A stretch of 64,000 nucleotides of DNA from Mytilus trossulus (lineage: Eukaryota), in NCBI RefSeq assembly GCF_036588685.1, contig NC_086383.1, positions 50,158,001-50,222,000 on the forward strand, read 5' to 3'. This document shows, piece by piece, positions 12,765 through 25,513 of this stretch. The translations under genes were made by a program, and so were the position numbers. The notes under the pieces are model-generated. The model was given only the letters and a program-made list of their open reading frames with translations. It was not told the DNA's origin and ran no database searches. Every line of letters begins with the position of its first letter. The stretch's first letter is position 1.

Positions 12765-13145
12765 TCAGACTCGGACTTCTCTTGAACTGAATTATAATGT
12801 GCGTATTGTTATGCGTTTACTCTACTATATTGGCTAGAGGTATATGGGGAGGGTTGAGATCTCATAAACATGTTTAACCCCGCCGTATTGTTGCGCCTGT
12901 ACCAAGTCAGGCGCCTCTAGACCTTGTTAGCCTTGTATTATTTTTAATTTTAGTTTCTTGTGGAGTTTATTATGGCGTTCATTATCACTGAACTAGTATA
13001 TATATTTGTTTAGGGGACAGCTGAAGAACACCTATTTTTCCGGGAATTTCTCGCTGCATTGAAGACCTGTTGGTGACCTTCTGCTGTTGTCTGTTCCATG
13101 GTCGGGTTGTTGTCTCTTTGACAAATTCCCCATTTCCATTCAATT
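12765..13145 (-). repeat. Interspersed repeat in A2 intron 1; homologues at 30155-30620 and 58635-58800
   Basis: Shared blocks (tatatactagttcagtgataa, gagaagtccgagtctgatgtcagaa, gtcaaagagacaacaacccgacc). Confidence 0.75.
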
Positions 13146-13412
13146 TTATTAACAACAGTGTTTGATTCGAGAAATTCCTGAACCAAGTCAAGACTATGGC
13201 AGTTGACTTTCACTAGCTCGTTTCATGGTTCCATTGAGTTTTAATTTTTTTCTGAATTTCTCCAATTCGAATTAACTTTGGAGTACGGTATTTTTGTTAT
13301 ACTTTTTAGTTTTAGGAACTTCATCTACTGTTTGTAGATATGGTCGATATAAGAAATATTCTAAACATATTGCTTGTATTTTGAATTTATTATTTTTTTT
13401 AATTTTAGAGAG

Positions 13413-14417
13413 ATGAAGTTTATAATTTTATCACTGGCAATGGTTGCCTGTATTTTGAGTTTGAATGGATACAGTTTTAAACGTACTACTGATAGACTTA
13501 CTGACAAAGAAAATGGGCTCTTACGAAGAATGGGCTTTGACATTACAAGGACGAAATTTGGCGAAAAAGATGCAAAAGAGGTCACTAAAATATTGGACAT
13601 GTGCCTGGACAAACCGTTAAGAGACATACAGAGCTGCGTGAAAGAAGAAGGTCAAACGGTATGCAAACGTAATGACGTAAAAAGTAAAATCACAAAAATA
13701 CTGAACTCAGAGGAAAATCAATTTGGAAAGTCCATAATCACATGGCAAAATCAAAAAACAAAACGCATCAAAAACGAATGGACAAGAACTGTCATATTCC
13801 TGACTTGGTACAGGCATTTTCAAATGTAGAAAATGGTGGATTAAACCTGGTTCTATAGCGCTAAAATAAAATTTTACTCTACTATATTGGCTAGAGGTAT
13901 ATGGGGAGGGTTGAGATCTCATAAACATGTTTAACCCCGCCGTATTGTTGCGCCTGTACCAAGTCAGGCGCCTCTAGACCTTGTTAGCCTTGTATTATTT
14001 TTAATTTTAGTTTCTTGTGGAGTTTATTATGGCGTTCATTATCACTGAACTAGTATATATATTTGTTTAGGGGACAGCTGAAGAACACCTATTTTGTTAC
14101 AGCGTAAAATAAACGATGATATCTGTGAGACAATCGAAAACCTGGTGGATATAGCACTAGATGCAGATGAAGCTGTAAACCGTGTTGGATGTCCTGGCAT
14201 AGACTGGGAAAAAGATCTTCCACCATCGTTCTGCGTCGAAGATTTATGTTTTATATATTGTGAATTGGAATGTGCCGATGGGTATTGCCATTGCGGTTGT
14301 GGCAAATTCGGAAGTCTGCTGAAAAACAAGAAAAAAGAAGAAAAGAAATCCGAAAAAGCCATTCAACTTAAACGTCTTCGTTCCATGATGAAAATTAGAA
14401 AATTGATAAAAAATTAG
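13413..14417 (+). pseudogene. Gene A2: paralogue of A1 whose coding exon is split by a ~0.43-kb insertion (~13677-14102); pseudogene, or rescued by splicing
   Basis: 13413-13676 encodes MKFIILSLAMVACILSLNGYSFKRT...VCKRND. 14103-14417 encodes RKINDDIC...KLIKN*, collinear with the A1 C-terminal half. The 3'UTR and AATAAA (14565-14570) match A1. Confidence 0.85.
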
Positions 14418-15085
14418 AAAATTCAAAAATTTCGTTATGAGGAAGAAGAAACCAGAGTTAATCAATTATCTAAAACCAGTTAATCTTCACCTAAAAGGGT
14501 TTTTTTAAATGGACAGCAGACTAATTTTATTATATTGTAAAATTCTGAAATAAGCTTATAAGTGAATAAATATTTGCATTCTTTATGTTTTTATTTTATT
14601 TAAATTGTACAATTCTTAATTATTTTAAAATAATCAATAAAATTCCCTCATACCTGAAGAATACTAGTGTTACTGTTCTGTGTCTCGACCATGTAGATGG
14701 TAAATTGGGAAAGAAAACCTGGACAATTATCAGAAAAGAGACACGCATGCTAAGCTACTACAGAAAATAATAATTCAAAAACACGAACAAACGTAATTTC
14801 ATAGATAAATACATCAATATCATAACGGTTAATTTCGTATTATATTGGGTCAATTTCTAAGTTTTCTACTTTCGAAACGGACTGGTAACTCCATAACCTT
14901 ATTTCTTATCGCTTAAAATACAAACATTTCTTTGAATTTGACTGATGAAACATCGCTTGTCCACGATTATAAGATTATAAAGATGCACATCGCACATTAT
15001 AAGACTTATAAAGATGCATATAACAACTGTATGGCTACATTATTCTCGAGATGCACGTGGTCTGTAAAACAGGAAACATTATAAG

Positions 15086-15225
15086 TTATATGGTTCGCTA
15101 CTGACCCCATACGGATCCATAGAGGGTTAGTAAAATTCATAGGGGGTGAGGCCGGAGGCCGAGTCCCCTATGGATTTTATTCACCCTCTATGGATCCGTA
15201 GGGGGTCAGTAGTTAACCGTATAAC
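15086..15225. repeat. Long imperfect palindrome (~60-bp arms), probably the core of a non-autonomous DNA element (~15020-15430)
   Basis: gttatatggttcgctactgaccccatacggatccatagaggg... pairs with ...ccctctatggatccgtagggggtcagtagttaaccgtataac. Confidence 0.75.
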
Positions 15226-16382
15226 GAATTTATCGGACGCTGGACTTTTTCTGCGTCGTTTTGTTGAAAAATAAACAACGAAACACAACAACATTAATAC
15301 ATGACGTCGCCAATAACGCGTCATGAACCCCCTATGAAACCTACTAACCCCCTACGGTCTCATAGGGGGTCACCACGTGACGGCGTTTAACCAATCACAA
15401 CGTGATATTTCATCTATGGTCCGATAAGAAATAATAACCTAGTAGGGACTTCCGTAGCTAAAATATAAAGTACGTAGTCTTTGTCATGGCGGACCCCGGA
15501 AGTTGAAAGATGCACACTGTATGCACACGACGATAATTCAAATTGCGTTGCTATGCGATAATTAATATAAGTACCTGGCCACGTCCATTTGTGTTCTTGT
15601 CCATCTGATGAGTTAAACTTTTATCAACTGATTTTTATATTTTGTTCTCATGATGTACTGATATACTTCTGTCCTAGCTTAGAGGGGTGGTTGGGATCCC
15701 CCTAACATGTTTAACACCATCACATTATGTATGTGTGACAGTTCCTGTACCAAATTAGGAGCCTGTAATTCAGTGGTTGTCGTTTCTTTATGCGTTACAT
15801 GTTTGTTTTCGTTCATTTTTATTAATAAAAAAGGCCGTTAGTTTTCTCGTTTGTATTGTTTTACATTGTCATTTAGGCGCCTATTATAGCTGACTATGCA
15901 GTATTGGCTTTGCTCATTGTTAAAGGTCGTACGTTACCCATAGTTGTTAATTCTGTTTCATTTTGGTCTCTTGTGCCGAGTTGTCTCATTGGCAATCATA
16001 CCATATCTTAATTTTATATATATAGTAGTTTTGAATGTTAAACGCTATGCTGAAAATCATTCAATCTGAGGTGAATATTTGATTGAAGTATATTTAAGTT
16101 CTTTGCAAAAAACAACTATTTTGTAAAAACGGGTGAATGATTGGAAGGCCTGCCGATTAGATTTTCATTACATTTACATTGGTTGTTACATGTACTCGTA
16201 GCGGCACTGTAGGCAATGAAATATATGGGTCATATGAAATATCTTTCCATTGAGTGGTTTCTGAAAATACCTCAAGACAGACTTTACTTGTAGATTGTTA
16301 CTTCTAGTCGATAATGTGTCACTGATTTTGTTTGTATTTATTTTCTAAAATCAAATTAATAGTCTGTCCTTTAATTGATTTG

Positions 16383-16673
16383 TATTCCTCATTTATCGGC
16401 ATTATGTTTTCTGGTCTGTGCGTCCATTCATCCGTCTGTTTGTCCGTCTGTTAGTCCGTCCGTATGTCCCGCTTCAGTTTAAAGTTTTTGGTCAAGGTAG
16501 TTTTTGATGAAGTTGAAGTCCAATCAACTTGAAATTGTGGTACACATGTTCCTTATGATATGATCTTTCTTATTTTAATGACAAATTTTAGTTTTGAAAC
16601 CCAATTTCACGGTCCACTGAACATAAAAACTGATAATGCAATTGGGGTATCCGTGTACTATGGACACATTCTT
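16383..16673 (+). mobile_element. Short Helentron/DINE-like non-autonomous element
   Basis: GTCC/GTCT microsatellite near the 5' end, 3' hairpin (gtgtactatggacac), T-rich flanks. Similar layout to 46946-47636. Confidence 0.5.
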
Positions 16674-18169
16674 AATTGTTTGTATTTGTTTACTATGATT
16701 GAGTCTGTCCTTCCTTGAAATATTAATAAACATTTTTTAATGTTTTTAATTCTTTGGAAATACACCCTTGATAACCGATCTGACAATAATTTTAAGTTGA
16801 CTCGATGCATAAAAATTCACTGATTGTTGCTTAATAGCTTGTAGATACATTTCTCTTTTAAACTGTCATTTCATACGATATGTTCACGGGATTGCTAACT
16901 TTTTTAGTATTTCCCATTATATTTTGCTGGATTTGTTTAAATTTGATCATAGATTGAGATTAAGCAAGGCAAACCATTTAGTCTTTTTACTGATAATTAA
17001 GATAATTTTGATACCGATTATTTAACTGCTAAAATACACAAGACATTTTGTGGATATACAGCACTGTTATCAGTAGGGGATCTAGAACTTTTTATAAGGG
17101 GGCACTGACTGACCTATAGACATAAGGGGAGCTGCTCCAGTCAAGCTTCAGTGATTCCATATATAATCAACTCAATTTTCGGCACAAGAGGGGTCGCCCC
17201 CCTCCCCTGGATCCACAAATGGTTGTTTGTCTCCACCTAACTAGAAGTAAAACCCATTATAATGCAACGGAAATATGGAGATAGAACCGTGTAGTTCCCG
17301 ACTGACACAAAACTCTTAGAGTGTAGAAATCTCATATTTTAGCTGTAGAAGCTTACGGGGAAGGCATAGGATCTCAAATTAAAACACCTTTACATTCTTG
17401 TTCAAGGTCGATTCAGATTAAATGTATGACATAAAAAATAAATAAACAAAAAAACAAAATCTGTAGTAGGTCAAAAAGGTGAAAAAAATATAAATTCAGC
17501 AACAAGTCATCCACAGTTATTTACACATCCTTTTTGTGAAAAAACTTATCCTAATCTGAATGTCTGCCAAATTTTCTTTTTAAGTATAACGATGGCAATC
17601 TTTTTGCGTAATAAAACCTAATTGGTGGAGTGAACAGTCTTATATATGTATATATGGTATAACTACAGATTACACATTAGTATATACATGAAGTAATCGT
17701 CGAAACAATTCAAGTGCAACGACCAATAAATAAAGGCAACAGTAGTATGCCGCTGTTCAAAACTCATAAATCCATGGACAAAAAACAAAATCGGGGTAAC
17801 AAACTAAAACCTAGGGAAACGCATTTAAATATAAGAGGAGAACAACGACACAACACCAAAACGCAACAGCACATAGAAACGGACCAAGCAACAGACAAAA
17901 CACCAAGAGAATAACAAATATAACATCAAAACCAAATATATGAAATAAGATGTAATCGCGTCATACGCGAATAACAAACTCTCAAAGACCCACGTATTTT
18001 ACAGAGACTGAAGATATGGAGGTGCAAGTGATGACTTTTCAATGTATAAAATTCATACGTCTTTTGACGAAATGATGCGATTCATCTTGCAGCCAATTCA
18101 TCTTGAAAAGGTATGAAACATTTATCACTGGACGTTAAGCAACCAACAAAATCAATCGATATTAATATA

Positions 18170-18556
18170 ATATCTTTATTTGTCATATAAGTAACATTAT
18201 ACTTGTGACATAAACAAAAGTAACAACAACAATAAAATAACTGAGTTGAATACACACATATCTATATATATATATACAAGTAAAACTAACTACGAGTCCC
18301 CTGTCCTCAGCTCTAAAGACTGTTTTATAAAGGAACCTGTGTTTTTCGCTTGGTTTATATTAGAAGGATTTAGTAGGACTACTAGTTTTTGAGTATCAGA
18401 TAGATTTGGAAACATAGGAATATCTATTGCAATGTCATTAAAAAGTTTTATACGTGAAACATTATTGATTTGACAGTGGAGGAGAAAGTGATTTTCATCT
18501 TCTAATGTTTTACAAGTTGGACATGTTCTATTGTCTCGATGTATTTTTAGATATCA
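18170..18556 (-). mobile_element. 3' fragment of an RTE-X-like LINE
   Basis: Minus-strand translation ...RDNRTCPTCKTLEDENHFLLHC (C-terminal CCHC-type motif), then 3'UTR with AATAAA. Confidence 0.65.
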
Positions 18557-18669
18557 ATATCAGTTGCAGCCAGCATATTCTATGACTGGTATGAATTTGA
18601 AACCTGCTGTAGAAGAGAGACGATAGGTTTTAAAACTCATAAGTCGAAACCAAAATGACAATGCCAAAG

Positions 18670-21045
18670 TAATAATAATAATTATAATAATTTTATTTGC
18701 AAAATACACCCATATGGGTCAAGCTTACACAAATACAACATTTAATACAGACAGTGAAGAATTACAAAATATAAACATAAAAAAAACATAGTTATAAATG
18801 GTAATTAATGTAACCTTTGATGGACATGGACCTCATTTTCGCAATTCTAAAGATTGCTTTATAAAGTCACCTATTTCTGTCAAAAGCTCAGATTTAGGAT
18901 TTAAAAGTTGTTTTGGCTTTAAAAGTGGTTGATAATTTGTAAAATCAGGATTTATATTATTAATCTTTAAAAATAAGCAATCTCTTAAAGTTGAGTTTAG
19001 TTTGCAATATAGAAAAAATGGTATTCATCATCAATTTTATTACAAAGTTTACATAATCTTTGATCTCTTGGTACATTTTTATATCTTCCCATTTCAACTT
19101 CTAGGTTATGGTCACAAACCCTTGATTTAGAAATTAATTGTCTGGTTTTAAAATTTGATTCTTTTAATAAATAATTTTCAATTTTTATCTCAGTTTTTAT
19201 TTGACTATATAGTAATAATTTCGAATTGTCTGTTATAGAAGAAAGTTTATTTAAGACTTTTTTTGTATAAAATTCATGTGATATCTGTTTAAACTTCATC
19301 TTTAAGGAATATTTGATTTTATTGTATGGTTTATCATAATATTCAAAATCTTCAGCATTTAATCCAGTCTCTTTAAAAACATTTAGAGCAAATGTATACC
19401 AACTATGAAAACCATCATTATGCAGGGACTTATTTAATTCATAGGCTTCTTTTAACAGAGGATTAATATCATGGGTATGAAATCTACAGAAATATAGCAT
19501 AACTTGTGGTTTAATAAATGAAGCCATAGAAAATCTACCCAGTTCTGTTTTGGCTGAAATATTACATGCAGTTTTCCTAAGTCCTAGGACAGATTTACAG
19601 TATTTATTATGAATCATTTCATAGCAAAATTTATCTTCTAACGACAAAGTATCACAAACAGAACCATGTTGTTCTGAACGTTTCAAAGATTTAAACATGG
19701 ATAAATAATCTTCCATAAACCATATCTCACTATTATATAATAAAACAGGTCTTATTGAGACATCAAAAAGTTTGCATGATAAATTAAGTTTGCATGATAA
19801 ATTAACAGGGATGGATTGAAAGTTAGAAAATCTACTTTTTAAGGCAAATAGGACCTTCAATCCCTTTTCTTGATAGTTCTTGGATAGCATTTTTAAAATT
19901 AACTTTATAGTTAATAATGTTTCCAAATCTTTAACTTCATTGTCTGACCATGATTTCTTCTTTTTTATTTTTATTTTTTTGTGTCTTATTATTTTACAGG
20001 ACGTTTTTGCCAAATTATCAAAAATGTTTGTTAGTTGTTCTGAGGTTTTATTGATTCCATTGCTGTTTTCATCAAAAAAAAATTCAAAAGAGACTATCGC
20101 ATGTAATACATCACAATCACTAATAGTGTCGATTAATTTGATTTTAGAAATAGCTTCCCATTTGTATGTAAAGTACTGTAAAGGTATAAAATTAGGAGAG
20201 TCTTCCTCAAAATCAGGAGTAATATTACAATATGTATGAACAGAAATCTGTGAGTGATCTGATAAATATGTGGCACTATCAACTTGAAAAAAATAATAGA
20301 AGTTAAGAGGTCCATATCCGCCAAAGCATAATCAACACCACTTGATCCATATGACTTATGGCAAGTAAAATTCCCCACAATATCACCTACAAAGCGACAA
20401 TTTAACACACGGAGCTGGGAAGCAATGCAGAGGTCTATGAGACATTGACCTTGAGTATTAAAAATGTTATCTCGTGTATTTCTGAGAATAGTACAATCTT
20501 CACTATAATCATCAGGCAGCACATTTTGCAGAGAGTCAAGAGACAGGCTTTCATTATCAATAAAATCTATCTTTTCTCCAATTCGAGCATTTAAACCAAG
20601 TATTAGAATATTAGATGTCTTTGGAATATTAGATATTTCATTTTCTAGATTCAAGAAATCATCATCATAATAATTGGAGCTAACAGGAGGAATATAGCAT
20701 GCACAAATGTAAACACCTTTATTTAAACCGAAAAAGACTTTATTTAATTTGAACCAAAATCTGTTTTTTGATGAAGAAATATGTGGCATTTCAGTTATGC
20801 CTTTCTTTTATTTTGATTGATATAAAACAATAATGCCTCCACTAAATCTCTTTTATCGCCTTTTTTTCTTTCGGCATCTCTGAAAAGTGCTAAATTCAGG
20901 AATATCTAAATTAAGAGTCTGATCCCTTCCATGTCTCAAGAAGTATAATTATATCATGTTTTAAATATGAGTTAAAAGTTTCATCACTGCATTTGCTCCC
21001 AAGCCCCTGAACATTCCAAGATGAGATAGTAAGGTTACTTATCAT
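18670..21045 (-). mobile_element. Internally deleted RTE-X-like non-LTR retrotransposon (APE endonuclease plus C-terminus, RT core missing)
   Basis: ATG at 21045 gives MISNLTISSWNVQGLG. APE motifs (YIPP, LNARIG, GVDY) are in ORF 20133-20789. The C-terminal EMGRY...RLCKLC...DDEYHF is in ORF 18997-20013. (ATT)n tail at ~18670-18695. Frameshifts are present and there is no YADD-type motif. Confidence 0.8.
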
Positions 21046-21623
21046 AATTAATAACAAATTCAAAAACTGGCACAGATATGACTATTTATATTTCTATAGT
21101 GTTTAAAGTAAGTATAACATGTATAATCATGTGTATAAAACAATTATTTTTTTTCTTTCTTTTTCATTTGTTAGGTTGATGTATATATTCATGTACAAAT
21201 GTATATCTATACATAGCATTTGATTGAAATAACAACATTAAAAAAGAAGAAATGAAAAAAAATTAAATGTTCATTGGTCTTTTCAAATATTTAAGAAAAA
21301 TGAACAATGGGACAAAGAGGAATAACTCCGATTCTTTTTTTTTTAAATACATTTCACTGAGTTTGAATTTATGAAATGATGGTTCATTAAAGGACTTAAA
21401 ATTAAATATTAAAGGCATTTCAAAACATTTTTAAATTGAAATATATGTTTATATCTATAACTTTAAAATGTACATATTTAAAACCTTTTATGATCATGAT
21501 GCAAATAGTATACATAATCACTAAATACAGTTTATTGTACAATTGATGTTAGCATAATAAATGCACTTTCTTTTGAAATGCACAATGCATAATTGTCTGA
21601 TTTCCCAAATTACACATACCTCC

Positions 21624-22371
21624 TGTAATGTCAAAGATACGCTGAACCTGAGTTGTTATTATCTTTTATTGCAGACCTCCAGAGAGGATAAAAAACTGAA
21701 AATATACAAAAATGAATCTAATAAGCACAATGTTCACAATCGACAATTTTCACAAAATAATAGTACAAATAGTATTAACAATGTTCTCCATACATTGAAA
21801 AATATGTCTAGTTTATGAAACAACAAAAAATGGTCCAAAAATGCCATAAAATTACATTTTGAATAACAAATTATAACACGAAAAGTGTACCATACACATA
21901 CTTGTTTTAGGAAAAAACGTATGCCAAAATATATGGCTCTAATGGCGTTCCATACAAAAAATATTTTGACAAACTGACGGAGTAAAATCAAAAATTGCAA
22001 ATTAAGAAGCTTAAATTGACTGAGAATTGTGTAAAATAAATGCAGGAATATATATAACCATCAAATAAACATCGGAATGCTTAATTTAACATGCAAAATA
22101 CAAAATAAGTGTGACGTGAGATATGACTTCTGAGAATCGTTTGAAATCACAATTTAAATCAAAAGGACTGACCTTAGACTTTAAATACGTAAAATGGACA
22201 TGCAAATAAAGGTTATAAACTACAGTTTAACAGAAAACTCACCCTGTGGAGGGTTGAATACCATAAAAAAAGTTTGTTTGACTTTGCCGCTGTTGCCGAT
22301 TGGCAGACATCATTTTAAAAATCAACATAATGACTGAACAGATCCGTATATTTCCGGAGTGTGACAATACA
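21624..22371 (-). repeat. 3' LTR of BEL element
   Basis: Near-identical to 28278-29890 minus the MITE. It carries ~114 bp (~21972-22085) absent from the 5' LTR. Confidence 0.93.
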
Positions 22372-22509
22372 CTCCCCCTCTGATTTCAAACTGAAACACC
22401 AATTTTATAAACAAATTTGAAATAACGAACAAATTATCAATGCAAAATGCTATAACTGTTATTAAATGTTCTGACTATTTGTAGATTCAACAAGTTAAAA
22501 TTATAATCA

Positions 22510-24119
22510 TTAGTCTATTTCACTTTCTTTTAGTTCCACATGCTCTACCAACATTACTAGTTCGTTGATTGGTCTTACATAACTAACCGGTTTCCCATCA
22601 CGCACAACACGAATTTGAACCTTTCTGACTTTCTGATCAGAACTAGGGAATGTCTTTTCAACAATTGAGACTGGCCAATAGTTGCGAGCACATTCGTTAT
22701 CTCTTAAAAGTACTAAATCGCCTTCCTTCATATTATTGTTTTCACGAGTCCATTTTTGTCGAGTTTGTAGACGGTTTAAATATTCGTTACGCCAGCGGTT
22801 CCAAAACTCTTCTGCTAGAAACTGAGTGTGTTTCCATTGAGATTTCAACATGTCTTTCTCTCCAAACGTTTGAAAAGAAACATTGTCCTGATTTGTTTTA
22901 TGTGTTAGAAGCATTGCCGGACAAAAAATACATGGTGATTCTGGGTCCGTTGACACTGGAACTAAGGGTCTTGCATTCACAATTGCTGTTACCTCCGATA
23001 ACAGGTTAGTTAGAACTTCATGCGTAAGATTTTTCGAACCTTCTCGTAATAACATTGAATCGAGAATCTTACATGAAACACAAATCATGCTTTCCCACAC
23101 GCCTCCCATGTGGGAAGCGTGTGGAGGATTAAATTGCCACAAGACGTCGTTGTTTGAGATAAAACTTTTCACAGAGTCTTTTTCAACAAATTCAGTGATC
23201 ATATTTAACTCTTTTGAACTGCCAACAAAATTTGTTCCCCTATCTGAACGGAATTGTTTAACTTCACCCCTTAAGGCAATGAAACGTCGCAACGCATTTA
23301 TAAATGAAGCACTGCAGAGCTCCTCTATGACCTCTATATGAATTGCTCTACTGACGAGGCATGTAAACATAAGTGCCCATCTTTTCTGATTAGCTTGTAT
23401 TCCACGAGTTCGTCTATAAGCTATAGGCCATGGGCCAAAAGTGTCAACACCGACGAATGCAAATGGCGGTGATGGTGTCAATCTGTCCTGAGGCAAATCT
23501 GCCATTTGCTGCCAACCGAAACAACCACGAAGCTTACGACATATCACACATTTATGCAGCACTGAAGAAACTAAACGACGACTGCCTAAATCCAAAAACC
23601 AGCTGTACGGATAGCACCATCTGTGAGGCTTCTGCCTTGATGAGCCACTTTTTCATGGAAGTGTCGAACAATAAGTAATGATATATGGTGGTGTTTTGGT
23701 AAGATAATAGGATGTTTTGATAGATCTGAACAATCTTTGTAGTTTCGTAAGCGACCACCAACTCTTAAGGTATCATCAACATCAAGTATGGGCGATAGTT
23801 GCGAGAGAGAACTGTTGTTATGTAACGATGTTCCATGTTTGATACTGTCTATTACGTCTCTATAATTTTCCATTTGAACCTCACGAATTATGAATTGTTG
23901 AGCTTGTTTCAAAGCATCTGGTTGTTTGTATGCTTCTAAATGTTCAGGTTTATCATTATGATGTGCTCGATTTCTAACACGTTGTTTCAATAAGGAAAAT
24001 TCTGAAAACTTTGAGAATCTATGTGTCCCTAATCTATGTACATTATTTTGATCTACAGTTTGTTCTTTAGCTACTTGCACCTCTGGGCGAATCTCCTTGT
24101 CACTATCAGCATCCACCAA
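22510..24119 (-). pseudogene. BEL integrase, frameshifted
   Basis: LRVGGRL, H..VAHQG, CVICRK, GVDTFGP, RSDRGTNF, GGVWE and FWNRW motifs. Confidence 0.9.
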
Positions 24120-24194
24120 CTGATGTGGACCGTTATCTAACTTTTCAAGGGATATGTCATAAAGAAATGCTGGTCCCTTTATCCATAAACTATT

Positions 24195-25385
24195 TTATAA
24201 CTCTGCAGGGTTAATTCCTCGTGTTGCAATATCTGCTGGGTTATTTTCAGTTGAAACATTACTCCATCGTTTTGGGTCACAAGAGACTCGAGTTCGTCGC
24301 ACTCGGTTTCCAACGTATACATGAAACCTCTTTGACTCATTTGTCAAGTAACCTAACACTATTTTGCTGTCTGAGTAAAAGTACATTTCACTTTGATCTA
24401 TACCTAGATGCTCTTTGACAAGATCTGATAATTCTGCGGCAAGAACAGAAGCGAACAGTTCTAATCGTGGAATAGTATTCCCATGCGAAGGCGCAACCTT
24501 AGCTTTTCCCAATAAAAAACTAACTGTTACATGATGTGAGTCAATTAATCTCAAATAAGCCACTGCACCTATTGCCTCTTTGGAAGCATCACAAAAGATA
24601 TGAACTTCTCTGTTCGAAGCTTCTGCATATGAGATGTCACTATACATACGCGGAATACAGCATTGTTCAAGATCAGGTAACGTATTAATCCACTGCTTCC
24701 ATGGATGTAGGTAATTATCAGGTAATGGGTCATCCCATTCAGTGTGTCCTATTGAAGTCATCATATCACGTAAGAGAAGTTTACCACGAACTGAAACAGG
24801 GGCTGTGAAGCCAATCGGATCAAACAGTGAGTTGATCGTTGATAATACACCACGCTTGCTAAATGGCTTGATGTCATGAGTTACTTCAAAGGTAAAACAG
24901 TCATTGTTTATATCCCAAGCCATACCTAGGCTTCTTTGCAAAGGTAAGCAGTCATTTTCAAATTTCAGATCTTTGAGATTTTTAGCCAGATCATCAACGG
25001 GAAACTGGCTTAACAAATGTTTGCTATTTGAGGCTATTTTGTGTAACCTAAGATCACCACCACTTGACAATGCACTTTGTGTACTCTTAACTAAATCAAC
25101 AGCTGTCTCGAAATTTTGACACGACAACAGACCATCATCTACGTAAAAGTTGCGATATACAAAATCCTTCACACACTTAATCAGCAGTCTCAGCAGATTT
25201 ACGAAGTCCATAAGTTGCCACTGACGGCGAGGGACTGTTGCCAAATACGTGAACAGTCATACGGTAATCAATCAATGGTTTTTCTATGTCATTATCAGAA
25301 TGCCAAATGAAACGAAGGTAATTACGATGCTCTTCACTCACTTTGAAATTATAGAACATTTGTTCGACGTCAGCAGTTACTGCTA
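24195..25385 (-). pseudogene. BEL reverse transcriptase/RNase H, frameshifted, 5' part of RT deleted near 25400
   Basis: ADVEQMF, VHVFGNSPSP, FYVDDGL, WDDPLP, HIFCDAS, TIPRLEL and NPADIATRG motifs across two frames. Confidence 0.9.
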
Positions 25386-25513
25386 TAGCCTCTTTTCGCT
25401 ATTTCAGCATGACCATTTTCAACGATTTTCTGCATGAATTATATGACATGTTCTCGTTTTGTAGAATTAATTTTCAAGCTGTAATCGAAAGATTTTGCTC
25501 TCTTCAAAGCTAC

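Noticed and set aside
13374-13829. 151-aa ORF as a complete gene
   Set aside because: The first 13 codons are mostly intronic and the last ~50 are read-through into inserted repeat. The real start is ATG 13413.
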